A program made the translations under genes and the position numbers. Positions 48,841 through 64,000 of a stretch of 64,000 bases of DNA are shown one piece after another. The notes beneath the pieces are model-generated. The model saw only the letters and a list, made by a program, of their open reading frames with translations, ran no database searches and was not told where the DNA came from. This stretch comes from Selaginella moellendorffii (taxonomy: Eukaryota; Plantae; Lycopodiophyta): the NCBI RefSeq assembly GCF_000143415.4, contig NW_003314414.1, positions 220,030-284,029 of the forward strand. Direction: 5' to 3'. Every line of letters starts with the position of its first letter. Positions within the stretch are counted from its first letter, which is position 1.

Positions 48841-49752
48841 CTAGTGTTTGCTGTCCTGTGCAGCAGCGTGCCTGCTGGGCACTGGATTGCTGGCGGCGTC
48901 GCCCGCGCCCAGCATGTCGTGCAGCAGCATTCGAGCTCGGAGTAGCAGGGCAGTCGGGGAGTCGAGAGCGGGCCTCACGTCGATGGAAAACGGCCAGCGG
49001 TTGCTCTCCGACGCAGCATCGTCGTAGTAAAAGTCGATCACATACCTCATCTCCCGCCCGCCCCGGTCCACGGTCCAGTCGTGGCGGTCAAACGGCTGGC
49101 CATAGCCAAGGAGCTTCTTCAAGCGCGCCTTTGGAGACAGGTCGTGGGGGCGGCCCCTGAAGTGGAGCAGCCGCGGCTCGTCCTTGGAAGACTCGGGGAA
49201 CAAGCGCCCATACGCCTGCTCCCACTGCAGCAGCCTCGCCCAGGTGCCCTCGTTGACAGCGTTGTGCGTGGTCACAACAGCCGCCATGTCCTTCTCCGTC
49301 ACGTCGTCCGCCTTGTTCTTCCTCACCAGGCTGTTGTAGAACATCTGCTGGGACGGGTACACCCACGTCTCGTCCGTGCCCGCCTTGGGGATGCTGGATA
49401 CCTGGCGGAAGGTTGGCAGCTCCTCCTTCTGGCCCGGCGCTCGCCGCTGGTTGGGCTGCAGGGGCATGCTGTTGGCCGGATTCATCGCCTCCCATTGCCC
49501 GCCGTAGTACAAGTGCCGCGGCATCCTCCACACGTCCCTCTCCCTCCTCGCCTCCTCGTCGATCCGCCTCCCATAGACGTCGTACACATGCGGATGCTTG
49601 TAAGCAGCCCCTCTGCCGGAGGCGGGGCACTGGCCCTGTCCAGCGCTGCTGCAGGGCGGCGGCGCGGGCGGAGCGCCCGTCACGGGGCAATCGGCGGAAG
49701 GAAAGAACCTGTAGTAGAGATCGTGGACCCTCTCCGGGATGCTCTTCTCCAT
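48841..49752 (-). CDS. HCCS: Holocytochrome-c synthase (cytochrome c heme lyase, System III), intronless
   Basis: CPV/CPA heme motifs; WVYPSQQMFYN, HNAVNEGTW, FRGRPHDLSPKAR, PFDRHDWTVDR, RYVIDFY, DVRPALDS. Confidence 0.95.
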   Translation of the reverse strand: MEKSIPERVHDLYYRFFPSADCPVTGAPPAPPPCSSAGQGQCPASGRGAAYKHPHVYDVYGRRIDEEARRERDVWRMPRHLYYGGQWEAMNPANSMPLQPNQRRAPGQKEELPTFRQVSSIPKAGTDETWVYPSQQMFYNSLVRKNKADDVTEKDMAAVVTTHNAVNEGTWARLLQWEQAYGRLFPESSKDEPRLLHFRGRPHDLSPKARLKKLLGYGQPFDRHDWTVDRGGREMRYVIDFYYDDAASESNRWPFSIDVRPALDSPTALLLRARMLLHDMLGAGDAASNPVPSRHAAAQDSKH

Positions 49753-49816
49753 CTCTCGCTGCAAAGCCCTAAAAAGATTCTCCAGGAGTTAGGGCTCCTC
49801 CCCATTTTAACAGGCC

Positions 49817-51082
49817 ATGAGCATCATCGACATGCTCGTCCGGGTGGACGCCATCTGCAAGAAGTTTGACAAGTATGATCCGTCCAAGCAGCACAAGGAC
49901 CTCATTATCAACCCGGACGACCACTTCTTGCAGCTCTACACCACAATGGAGGCCGAGATCGAAGCTACCGTCAAGGTGCGCTCGCCATGCCCTCCCACCC
50001 TCCGTTGACTTGCACGCACAGAAAGCGAACGAGGCCGCCGAGGAAAAGAACAGAGCCGCTGTCGCCACCATGAATGCAGAGATACGACGGACCAAGGCAG
50101 CTCTGCGCGAAGAGATCCCGAAGCTCGAGAGGCTGGCCAAGAAGAAGGTGGAACAACCCAACCGTCTCTAATAACTCAACCATTCTCTGCTCCATTCCCA
50201 CTCCGTCTTGCTCTCCTCAAGGTGAAAGCACTATCTCCGGAGGATCTTGCCGCCCGTCCAGACCTTGTTGTTGCCCTGGCAGCCAGAATCGATGACATCC
50301 CCGAAGGCACCATGATGGGGGCCAAGAAGAAGAAGAAGATCGACAAGTCACACATTGAGATCAAGATCGACTCTGCCGCCGCTGGTACATACTTGTGATC
50401 GATACGGACAACTCTAACCTCTGGAGCTGCAGACGAAGCTTTCAGCTCCGAGAGGTACGAACACACGGCGGAGTCAGCAGCCTACCAGGAAGAGTTTCAA
50501 CACAGAAAGAACAAGCAGGTATCCTAAGCCTTTGTTGTCTCGGATGGTGCTTTGTAACTCTGTATACTTTGGAACCTCCAGGACCAAAACCTCGACATCA
50601 TTTCGGAAGGCTTGTCGACGCTCAAAAACATGGCGGAAGATATCAGTGAGGTTCTGTGCTGCGCCCTGTCCCCACTAGTGTCATCTCAGAACCCGCATGC
50701 GCCTGTCTCAGGAGCTCGACAAGCAAGATCCCATGGTCGGCGAAATGGAAGAGAAGGTAAACGCTGCTATGTCCAGCGCAATGTCTAATTGGACCTGGAT
50801 GGTTACTGTCAGTAGATTGATAAAGCAACGGGGGACCTGACCAAGAACAATGCGAGAATGAAAGAGGTGGTGTCGAAGGTAATCTCTTTCTCCTCTTTCT
50901 TTTGGTGACTCTGCTCATTTCCTCAGTTGACAGATCCGATCGGGAAGGAACTTCTGCATTGACGTTATACTGCTTTGCGTCCTCTTGGGCATAGCTGCCT
51001 ATATCTACAAGTAAATACCAGCCTAGCAAAACTTCTTTGCACAGGACTGACACCGTCCATGACCAGGGTGCTCAAGAAATGA
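49817..51082 (+). CDS. SYP71: Syntaxin of plants 7 family (Qc-SNARE), multi-exon
   Basis: MSIIDMLVRVDAICKKFDKYD, EKNRAAVATMNAEIRRTKA, C-terminal RNFCIDVILLCVLLGIAAY transmembrane segment. Confidence 0.9.
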
Positions 51083-51464
51083 TCATGTTTTGGGAGGTTG
51101 GCAATTTTTACATTTCTATTGGTTTGCTGGATTGCTCACGCTCTTCAATTTGGCCTCCACCAGTGCCAGTGTGGCGTCCATTCGCAAGATCCTCCTGTTC
51201 GACATCACTTTTATCAACATAGTGCAGAAGAAACGCCAGGATTTTTACTGGTGTAAATGACTGAGCCTTGTGTCACACGCGCTCGAGACCTTGTTGAGGA
51301 GCTCCACCGTGTTGATTATAAAGACATTCACCTGATACATCAGATTGTCACTGATTTCATTCACACTGCCTACCAGAAAGAGCGTCCGCTGGTCCACCTC
51401 GTGCTGCATCTCAATGAAATCCAAAGCCCTAGGTGAGCAAAACAGCTCTTACTTATTTCTTGTG

Positions 51465-54052
51465 CTACCACTGGAACTTGGCGGCCAGCAGCACCTCCTC
51501 GTACTGCTGCGCGGCGTGATCCCAGCTCAAGTCCTGCTTCATGCCCCTCAGCTGAATCCCCCTCCAGCTCTCCTTGTAGTCCCTGTACGTCCACATCGCA
51601 TTCCCGATCGCATGCGTCATGGCCGACGCCTCCGCCCGATCAAACGTCCAGCCCAGCCCCGAGTTCGTGAAGGGATCAAAGGGCGTCACCGTGTCCCGGA
51701 GGCCCCCGACGGCATGCACCACGGGCACCGTGCCATACCTCATGGCGTAGAGCTGGTTGAGGCCGCACGGCTCGAAACGCGATGGCATGAGCAGGATGTC
51801 CACGCCGGCAGTGATCCGGTGCGCAGTCTTGACCGAGAATCCCACCCATCCACGCACCTTGTCCCGGTGCTTGGCCTCAAACGAGCGTAGTAGCTCCTCC
51901 AGGTCGGGCCTGCCCGTTCCCAGCAGCACCAACTGGACGTCGTGGCCCATCATCCACGGTATCGCCTCGGCGATGATGTCCACGCCCTTCTGGTAGTCGA
52001 GCCTCCCAATGAATCCCAGCAGCGGCACGTCGGGTCGCACCGGGAGTCCCAGCTCCTTTTGCAGCGCCGCCTTGCAAGCGGCTTTCCCAGTCTCGAGGCT
52101 CGCGCTGCTGTACTGCTTGTAGCCATCGCCGACGAGGCACTTGTCCACCTCGGGGTTCCACTCCGAGTCGTCAATGCCGTTAACCACGCCCTTGAGCTTC
52201 CACGAGTTCTCTCGCATCACGCTGTCCAGCCCCCAGCCGCCTTCCTGAGTCTGGCACTCCCAAGCGTAGCCATGGCTCACCGCAATCACTCGGTGTGCCG
52301 TGAGGATACCCGCCATGAAGATGTTCATGTGTTCCCCTCCGATTGGATCGTAGAGAGCAAACTTGTCCCGGAAGTGGTCTGGCAGCCCAAGCTTTCCGAA
52401 GTCACTCAGAGGCCCACGTCCCTGAATGCAGGACACCAAAGTTTACGAGGGATGTGCTAGAAAAGAAACAAAAGCACCTGATGCGCAATGTTGTGAATGA
52501 CCAAGACAGAGCGCGTATACTGCATGAGCTGATTGTCACGGTAGTACGCCTGCAGGTAAACGGGCAGCAGAGCCGTGTGCCAGTCGTTTGCAATAAACAC
52601 GAGGTTCCCATCCCCGTAGCAGACGCCACCGCAAGGGACATGCCACGGAATCTACAAGAAGCAAAGACCACCACTAGTACTCTCCACGTTTGCGAGTGCT
52701 ATACTGACCTCAACAGCCGCTTTACACAGGAGAATCATGCGAGCCAGTACGTCCTGACAAAGATAAACAGCAAAACATGAGTCTTTCCAGTTTGCTACTC
52801 ACATCCTGCTCACCTCCCTGGAGCCGCCATAGATGTCGTGACACCAGCCATGGAACACAGGCGAGTCCACAAACACAAAGTCCACACCATCGATGTAGGC
52901 ATGAAAGTAGCCAACTTCCATGTCCTGAAAAAATCAGATTTTGTCTACGACAAGAGTGGATGACCAGCGAAATATTGTCACACCGTACCTGTCCAGCTAC
53001 GTTATACACCTTTCGCACACCCGTCTCCCATGCTTCGACGTAATTCTTGTAACGAGGAGCGACAGCCTGCAACCATGGAACGCACAAGTCAGTCGGGAAG
53101 GCCGTCGAGATGAATACCGACCATAACACGGTGACCCCTCCGTGCCAACGCCTTTGGTAATGCCCCCACGACATCGCCAAGCCCACCTGTATATCCGTGC
53201 GTTAGTCGGCCGATCCAGGTGATCGAGGAAAAGCTCGAGCTTACCGGTCTTAGACCACGGTGCGCACTCGCACGCCACAATGACCACATTCATGACATTG
53301 GTTCCGGCCAGTGGCGGTGCCTCATCCAAAACTTTCTTCTGGATGGGTGATCCAGAGCCGGCTCTGGCCTCGTCCAAGCCGGAGCCAGGGGGACGAACCA
53401 CCCGCGGTTCTGCCGGTACAAGTACCGAAGGTGAAGGTGCCGGGCTTGATTGAGGAGGCCGCATTGACTGCGGCGGCCAAGCACCGATTCCAGGTACACT
53501 TGCCGGACTGACTTCTCCATCGCTAGGCTCGAATGGACTGGAGTTTTCCTTCTCTTTCGTGGTACCAAACTCCTGCGTCAAGGTGTTGAGGAGCTTCTTT
53601 CGTTCGGTGACCTGCGAGAAAGCAGTGGAGTTGGCGAGAGAGATTGGCATACAAACAATGTAGCAAACTTTAGAAGAGGAGAATGGTTTGCCTGCCTGTT
53701 CAAGAAGCTCCTTTTGCAAAGCCAGTAGCCTCTGACCCTCGTCGACTGCTGCTCGCACGCTGGCATCCTCAGCATTTTGACCGGCTTCACCACCATTTCT
53801 ATCCGCCGCTCTCACGATCCACAGCTTCCCAGACCTTGCCAGTCCATGGCCCCTCCAGCTCCAGCAGCGCAATGCAGCCCTGTCCACAGCGCCACAGCCA
53901 CTCGCTGACGCTCCATCGTCCTCGCCGGGCGGGCGATTCCTCCTCTTCCAGTTGTGCGGCGAACAAGGAGAGGAGAAATGGCGGCGATCGGCTGCGACGC
54001 CGGCGGCAGCGGCAGCGGTGACAATGGGCACGACCACGGCCGAGGGTGCCAT
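51465..54052 (-). CDS. SS2: Soluble starch synthase II, multi-exon
   Basis: [50 protein letters not shown], ends KFQW. Confidence 0.92.
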
Positions 54053-54150
54053 CCTCGATCTCTCACTCGCTCATCTCTCCGCCCGTGTGCTTTTGCCCTC
54101 GGCCCTCCATGGCCACACATGAGCTAGGTTTAGGGCTCGCTTCCTCCGCC

Positions 54151-57734
<3,584 letters not shown>

Positions 57735-57783
57735 TATAGCACATACTTGTCTCTGCACCGTGTCAAAAACTGTATAAAATTGC

Positions 57784-59045
57784 TCACTTGAGAAGCTGCG
57801 CTTGTCGCAATTGATCTACAACACCTTTGGACTTCTCTCCTTTCTCAGTTCTTAGTACCTGCTCATTGACACGAGTATATCAAGAATAAAAGACACAAGA
57901 AAAACCTCCTTACCTTGTCAATGAGTCCATAATCAACAGCCTCGTCCGGGCTGAAGTACTTGGGACGACGGATGTCCTCCTCGATCTTGTCTGCAGGTTG
58001 GCCTGTATGCCTCTCTAAAAGCTCAACCTGGAGCCCAAAGGCTTCGTTAGTCACGTGATAGAAAAAAAGAAAAACATATCCATCCATCCTCTTACGTACC
58101 AAGTCTTTTTTCAAGTTGCGAACTTCTCTGCGTGCAATATCGATGTCAGTAGCCTGCCCCCGAAACTGTGCAATAGGCTGCCATGCTCAATCCAAATGGA
58201 AGGAATCAGTGCCTCCAGAAATAAAAGAAAAACGAAGAGAAAGCCGACCTCTTTGAGCATGATGGTGGTCGAAGGCAGCGCAGATCGATTTCCTTTTGCT
58301 CCAGCGGCTAGAAGCAACGCAGCCTCACCCCACGCATTCCCAACGCAGAGAGTGAATATCGGCGGCTTCACGTACCTGGGGACCAAAAGCTCCATGAGAA
58401 AAAAAAAAAAAAGACACAGACAATCACGCGAGACACTTACTGCATGGTGTCATACATTGCCAGCGCCTCCGTTTCATATCCCAACTTCTCTCCATCCTGA
58501 CGAGCAAAGGAAACGAGTGAAGAATAACAGGAGGCATGGAAATACCTTGGTAGTGCCTGTCGAGTTGATGTACATGTAGATTGGTTTCTCGGGATCCACG
58601 AACTGCAAGTAGAGAAACTCTGCCATGATGAGCTCCGTGACTGCTGGAACAAGTGACATGCCCAGAAAGACAATCCTGTTGTGGAAGAGATAGGATGGGA
58701 GATCGGGGGGCGGCTGTGCCGACGCGTCCCCTCGGACAAAAGGAATCACCTGTAAGAGAGAGTGTGTCAATTCAGAGGAGAGAAAGGAGTATCACTACTG
58801 ACCATGGTGACTACGCCTCTGCTACCGCGTTTCTTGGTAGAGGAGAGCAGCGGTGATGAGAGTGAGAGGCTCTGCCCAGCGAACAAGCAGCATCTACTTC
58901 CTCCTACAAGCGGCTGGAAGAGCTCAGTTCCCAAACTAAGCCTCTTCTTGCCGCCCGCCACTGCCCCTCCAAACCCATCCTTCCTACCGCTGCTGCTTCC
59001 ACACACAAACCAATTGCGCTGGCCGAGACTTGACAAGCCCGCCAT
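57784..59045 (-). CDS. CLPR4: Plastid Clp protease non-catalytic subunit ClpR4-like, multi-exon
   Basis: QPPPDLPSYLFHNRIVFLGMSLVPAVTELI...YINSTGTTK, CVGNAWGEAALLLAAG. Confidence 0.88.
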
Positions 59046-59131
59046 TGAGCTACAAACCCTCCTCGGTTTTCCTTCTCCACATTATACTAAGCCTTAAAAC
59101 ACCCTACGCCCAAAACTTTCCTAGACATGGT

Positions 59132-60462
59132 TTAGCTCCGCTTCGTCTTTCCATGACTCTTCACCTCGTCCATGATTCCCTGCGACAGCTCGTCCACGGT
59201 GTAGTTCTTTCCAAAAAAATTCACAAACTCCATTTTCGGGTCCATGAGATACCTGGTAGACAAGCAGAGGGGAAACAATCAGCTGGAAGACTAGCAAGCA
59301 CCACTCACATTATGATGGAGTGATCCACCAGATAGTCATCGCCTTCGTCCCCAGTCTTCATGTAGTAGACCCGAAACGACTTTGCCACCTGCTTGATATC
59401 TTCGGGAGCTCCGGTTAATCCCACTAGCCTGGGATGAAACTCTGCACGCCACAAATGGATGAGAGCAAAAGACATAACTTGCGGTACCTTGCACGTATTC
59501 TTTCATCTGCTCCACCGAGTCGCGCTCTGGATCCACAGACACAAACAACGGGGCAATCTTCAAGCCAGATTTTTTATCTGCACAGGCCAGGAAGAAATTG
59601 TAACGCGTCAGAAGAGAACTACGTTCCTGGAGCGCTGAATATACCAACCTACAGCGTCGATCGCTTGCACCATCTTTTGCAGTTCGTCGGGACAGATGTC
59701 CGGGCATGATGTAAACCCGAAATACATGAGCGTCCAGTTCCCCAGGAAATCTTTCTCTGTCACCGTCTTGCCTTCGTGGTTGACGAGCTTGAATGGGCCT
59801 CCGATCGCTGCTTTCCCGACCGAGGGGCCATACTTTACGTCCATCTCCTTGTTCCTGATCGCTGCAAACAATACCAAAGAAAAGAAACGTCACTCACTTG
59901 CCGTCTCACAGCAATCACTTGACTCACCGTCCAGCGCTTTCTTCTTCTCTCGTTCAAACACGAACAGCAATGCTGCGGCTGTGGCTACCAGAAGGAAGAA
60001 ACTTAGCCACGACACTGGCTGCTCCAAGAACAAAAAGTAAGCAAAGACGAAGATCGAAAGAAAAACTTACGTTGCGGCGAACGACTTTCGGCTCGCCAGA
60101 AACTGGTGTTTCGGTCTTAGCTTGCTTGGTTTCTTCCTCCTCTACTCCCTCGGCCAAAGGTTTCTCGGCAGTAGACGTAGCAGCAGCATCGGGCTGCCCA
60201 GCCGCCGCCGCCGCCGCTGACGTTGCCGTGGTCGTCGACATTCTTCTTTGGACGCCTTGAAAGCCCTGAGACAAGAAACAAATTCTAGCACACACGTTTG
60301 GAAAAGAAAGAGGAAATTCCACACCTGGAATGCTGCCGGCGTGCCTGGGAAGAAATCCACGAGCCGAGGCGCCAAGAGACGAGAGTGATGCGACTGGGGA
60401 CTGAGAATGCGGCTCCTTCCAGTGACAAGAGCAGACGCCAGCAACCTCCGCCACGCACCCAT
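59132..60462 (-). CDS. SCO1: SCO1/HCC1 copper chaperone for cytochrome c oxidase, multi-exon
   Basis: [46 protein letters not shown]. Confidence 0.92.
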
Positions 60463-60489
60463 CGTGCCCGCAAAAACCCCTCAAGAACC

Positions 60490-62175
60490 CTAATTCGCCC
60501 CCACTGCAGCGGAGAAGAGGTTTGCCATGAGGACGTAGGCCGGGGCGCTGTCTGGATCGGTCTCGAGCAGCTGGTTGCCGATCCGATTGGCGCGCTCCAT
60601 GTCGCTGTCGTTCTTGCAAGCGGCCAGCGCGCTCCCTCTCGCCACCTCGTCCGGCGAGAAAGGCATGCTGCCCATGAGCTCCTCGCATTCTCCCAGCCTC
60701 CCCGAGCGGCCCAGCGCGTCCAGGATGCTCCAGTAGTGGCACTTGGACGGAGCGATGCCGTGATCCCCCACCATGGACGTGAAGCAGTAGCATGCAACGT
60801 CGACTTGGCCGGCGTGGCTGCAGCAGCCCAACACTGTCTTGAAGCAAATCTCGTCCGCCTCCACGCCCTCGAGCTCCAACTGCTGGAACGTCTGCATGGC
60901 CTGCTTGCTATGCCCGTTCTGGGCATATGCCGCCACCATGGCCGTCCAGCTGACCAGGTTGCGCTCGCTCACTGGCAAGCACCGGAATGCCCTGCTTGCT
61001 TCCTCCACCAGCCCATTCTGGCCGTAGAGAGAGATCATAGCGTTCCACGCCACAACGTCGCGAGCCTCCAGAGAATGGAAGACCCGGCGCGCCTCTGCCA
61101 CAAGGTTCTTGTGCGCATAAGCAACGATCATCGCGGTGGAGGCAAGCAGCGTCCACTGTGGCATGCGATCGAACAAGATATTGGCCGACTCCACATCTCC
61201 GCAGTTCGCGTGCGCGGAAACGACAGCGTTCCACGACACCATTCTCCTCTCCGGCATTTTATGGAAGAGATCCAGAGCCTCATGCAGCTGCCCGTTCTCG
61301 GCATATGCTGTGACAATCGCGTTCCAGGACACCACATTCTGCTCGGGAATACTATCAAAAGTTTGCTTTGCAAGTGGCAAGTCGCCATTCTGTGCAAACG
61401 CAGCAGCCATAGAGTTCCACGACACCACGTCCCGCTCGGGCATCCTGTCAAACATGACCTTGGCATTCGCAACGAGTCCCTCGTTGGCATACCCTGTGAA
61501 CAATGCGGTCCAAGTTACCACACTCCTCTCCTCCATACCATCAAACACGCGCTTGGCGTCGTCAATGCGGTTCTCTGCAATGTAACATCCAATCAATGCC
61601 GTCCACACAACGACGTCGCCTTGACCCGGAGGAATCGCCTCGATTATAGCTTTTATTTCACAAATATGCCCTGCCTGGGCATTCGCAGTCAAGACAGAAG
61701 TCACCGATGCCACGTCGTGCTGTGGCATCCGATGAAACGTCTGGACCGCTTCGCGCATACGTGCAGCGCGGATAAATGCAAGGAGCAGCGCGCCCCACGC
61801 AACGACGTTCCTGGATGGCATATTATCAAATGCCCACCTAGCCCCATCCAGATGCCCGTTCTGGGCACAAGCCGACAGCAGAATGCTCCACGAGAAGATG
61901 TTCTTGTTCCGGATTGCGTGGAACACCGCTGCGGCCTCCTCCATCCTCCCAAACGTTCCATACATCTGGACCAGCACATTGCACGCGAAAGTATCGTGTG
62001 GCAGCAGGTCTGAGGACGAGCCCGAGTGGAGCTCCGCGACATCGGCGGCGGTGGCGCAGCGCTTGAGCCGAGATGCAAGGCAACTGCGTTGGAGACGTGA
62101 ATCTTCCCCTTCGTGTCCGGAGCGTACGAGGGCGATCTTCCTGGTGGCCTTGGCTGCTCTCCTCAGTAATCCCAT
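60490..62175 (-). CDS. PLS-class PPR protein (E-type, no DYW)
   Basis: 561-aa intronless ORF with many FDRMPERDVVSWN-type repeats and a truncated E domain. Confidence 0.9.
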   Translation of the reverse strand: MGLLRRAAKATRKIALVRSGHEGEDSRLQRSCLASRLKRCATAADVAELHSGSSSDLLPHDTFACNVLVQMYGTFGRMEEAAAVFHAIRNKNIFSWSILLSACAQNGHLDGARWAFDNMPSRNVVAWGALLLAFIRAARMREAVQTFHRMPQHDVASVTSVLTANAQAGHICEIKAIIEAIPPGQGDVVVWTALIGCYIAENRIDDAKRVFDGMEERSVVTWTALFTGYANEGLVANAKVMFDRMPERDVVSWNSMAAAFAQNGDLPLAKQTFDSIPEQNVVSWNAIVTAYAENGQLHEALDLFHKMPERRMVSWNAVVSAHANCGDVESANILFDRMPQWTLLASTAMIVAYAHKNLVAEARRVFHSLEARDVVAWNAMISLYGQNGLVEEASRAFRCLPVSERNLVSWTAMVAAYAQNGHSKQAMQTFQQLELEGVEADEICFKTVLGCCSHAGQVDVACYCFTSMVGDHGIAPSKCHYWSILDALGRSGRLGECEELMGSMPFSPDEVARGSALAACKNDSDMERANRIGNQLLETDPDSAPAYVLMANLFSAAVGAN

Positions 62176-62222
62176 GCATTTTTACGGAAGTATGTCGAAT
62201 ATGTCCTGCATCCTTGCAATCC

Positions 62223-63125
62223 TCAAAACCTCTTGAAAAGTGAAAATGGACATAGAGACTCATTCATAATGCTCCAGTTGCACTCCCAGATCTCATTCAT
62301 GTGGGTGTAAGACCTGATGCGTCGATTTTCCAAAATGAAGCTGATAAAATCCGCGTATCGATTTGGAACTGGGTCTTGGCCAATCGATTTCGACTCCAGC
62401 ACTGCCCCCAGCGCGATGGATCTGATGCAGGCGTATAGTTTACCCCTCAAGGCGGAAATATCCGTCGGCCCCTCTGATGCAGTGACAAACTCCAGCAGCT
62501 CGTCTTTTTTCACGTTCCAGCAATGATCGAAGTACTTCAGTGCTATGTAATCGGACGAAAACCCGAAAGTGTATTCGACATACAACTCATCCTTGGGCGT
62601 CATGTCAAACGGAACTAGTATTGTTTGCCCAACAGACGCTGTAATGCCCCTCAACCCCACCTTCACAATCACCTCGTCCAATATCATCGCTATGTGGGAA
62701 CATATCCCCACTTGCGAACAACCTCCGTAACATCGTCAAACCCCTCTGCAGAACACATGTCTATAAACTCCGGGAGGACAAGCTGCGTGAGTGGAGCACC
62801 ACCACCTGTCTTGTGAATCCATTTGGTCGTGTTGTAATTCGGACTCCCGAAAACAGTCACAAAACCGTAGTGAGACCCAGAACATTGTTCGTCTATCAGG
62901 TGAATGACCGGTCCCTTAAACAGCTCGTTGCCCCTCTCAGAGACAGCCACATGCCCGTCCTTGTAAAACGCGATCCAGAATGGGCTAAGCTCAACGAGCA
63001 CGTTGTACTTGCGCTCTCCAACCAACCAACCAACCTCTCGAGAAGATCAACCTTGCCACCGACCAGAATCAGCATCACATCATCCTCGCCAAAGACATCT
63101 CTGAGAGTTTCCGGAACAAAGGCCT
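62223..63125 (-). pseudogene. Frameshifted coding remnant, possibly small-GTPase/Roc-like
   Basis: Three overlapping ORFs in different frames; only a G4-like LILVGGKVDL is recognisable. Confidence 0.25.
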
Positions 63126-63129
63126 GAGA

Positions 63130-64000
63130 CTCCTCCAGAAGAAAAAGCACTTGTTTGCTTGGAGCTACAAAGACCTGAAAGGAGTCTCACCGGACTTATG
63201 TCTGCACACCATCACCCTCCTCCCGGATGCCCGGCCGAAGCGACAGGCACCTTACCGGATGAACCCAAACCTCATGGAGCAAGTCAAGAAGGAGCTCGAC
63301 AAACTCCTCGAAGTCGAATACATCTACCCGATCCAGAATCCGATCTGGTTGTCTCCTCTGGTCGTTGTGCCGAAGAAAAACGGCAAGCTCCGAATCTGCG
63401 TCAACTACAAGCAGCTCAACGACGTCACCAACAAAGATATCTTCCCGATACCCTTCACCGACGAAGTTCTTGACGCAGTCGCCGGACACGAAATGTACTC
63501 CTTCCTCGACGGATTTTCCGGCTACAATCAGATCACCATCGCCCAAGAAGACCAGCACAAGACAGCATTCATCAGCCCATGGGGAGCATACGCCTACCGA
63601 AGAATGCCTTTCGGCCTCTGCAATGCACCCTTTACTTTCCAACGACTCGTCACCAACACCTTCCGAGACTACCTCACCGACTTCATGCGAGTCTTCATGG
63701 ACGACTTCAGTGTCTTCAGCTCCGAAGACTGCCATCTCGAATGCCTCGAGAAATGCCTCGAGAAGTGCGAAGAAAACAACATCGCCCTCAACCCCGAGAA
63801 ATGTGCCTTCTTCGTCAAGTCCGGAGTACTTCTCGGCCACATTGTCTGCAAAGATGGCATACTCATCGACAAAGACAAAGTCGAAGTCATACTTCAGCTC
63901 GACCCACCAAAGAACCAGAAGGACCTTCGAAGATTTCTCGGCAAGATCGGATACCACCGAAGATTCACAAACCGCTTCACCCGTAGTCACAATGACCAAG
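63130..64000 (+). mobile_element. Ty3/gypsy pol fragment (reverse transcriptase), running off the window end
   Basis: Open frame LFAWSYKDLKG...WLSPLVVVPKKNGKLRICVNY...LDGFSGYNQI...MPFGLCNAP...FMDDFSV...LLGHIV; no gag, protease or LTR upstream. Confidence 0.93.

Overview
Plant nuclear DNA, most consistent with a lycophyte such as Selaginella. This host call is an inference from the tiny introns, extreme gene density, PLS/DYW PPR genes and a nuclear holocytochrome-c synthase. The window has two halves. (1) 1-~36.3 kb is a transposon block. It holds an 18.7-kb Sola-like DDD transposon (210-18958, 4-bp TSD TAAG) containing an inverted, internally deleted copy of itself (2876-8029, TSD TGTA). It also holds an 11.9-kb Mutator-like GCM/MULE/SWIM transposon (19195-31104), a 676-bp TRIM and a 1.9-kb Cassandra-like 5S-bearing TRIM. 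(2) 36.4-63 kb is a very compact gene block: FKBP62/ROF1-like, plastid RPL28, DYW-PPR, SDP1-like lipase, SPPL, RNI-like, HCCS, SYP71, starch synthase II, organellar AlaRS, ClpR4, SCO1 and a PLS-PPR, ending in a Ty3/gypsy RT fragment. The main candidate new system is that both large transposons, although from different superfamilies, carry the same accessory kit. Each has a spliced ParB/Srx-like + beta-class amino-methyltransferase-like gene placed head-to-head with the transposase, plus a homologous 81-85 aa 'SPYYTPG' microprotein. The Sola-like element is also studded with more than 20 copies of a 22-bp palindrome (ATGGCATG-N6-CATGCCAT), concentrated in its introns. The MULE carries two SGS3/zf-XS-like zinc-finger genes. 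Together this suggests a transposon-encoded self-recognition or anti-silencing module. Domain calls were made by eye from motifs and need HMM or structure confirmation.
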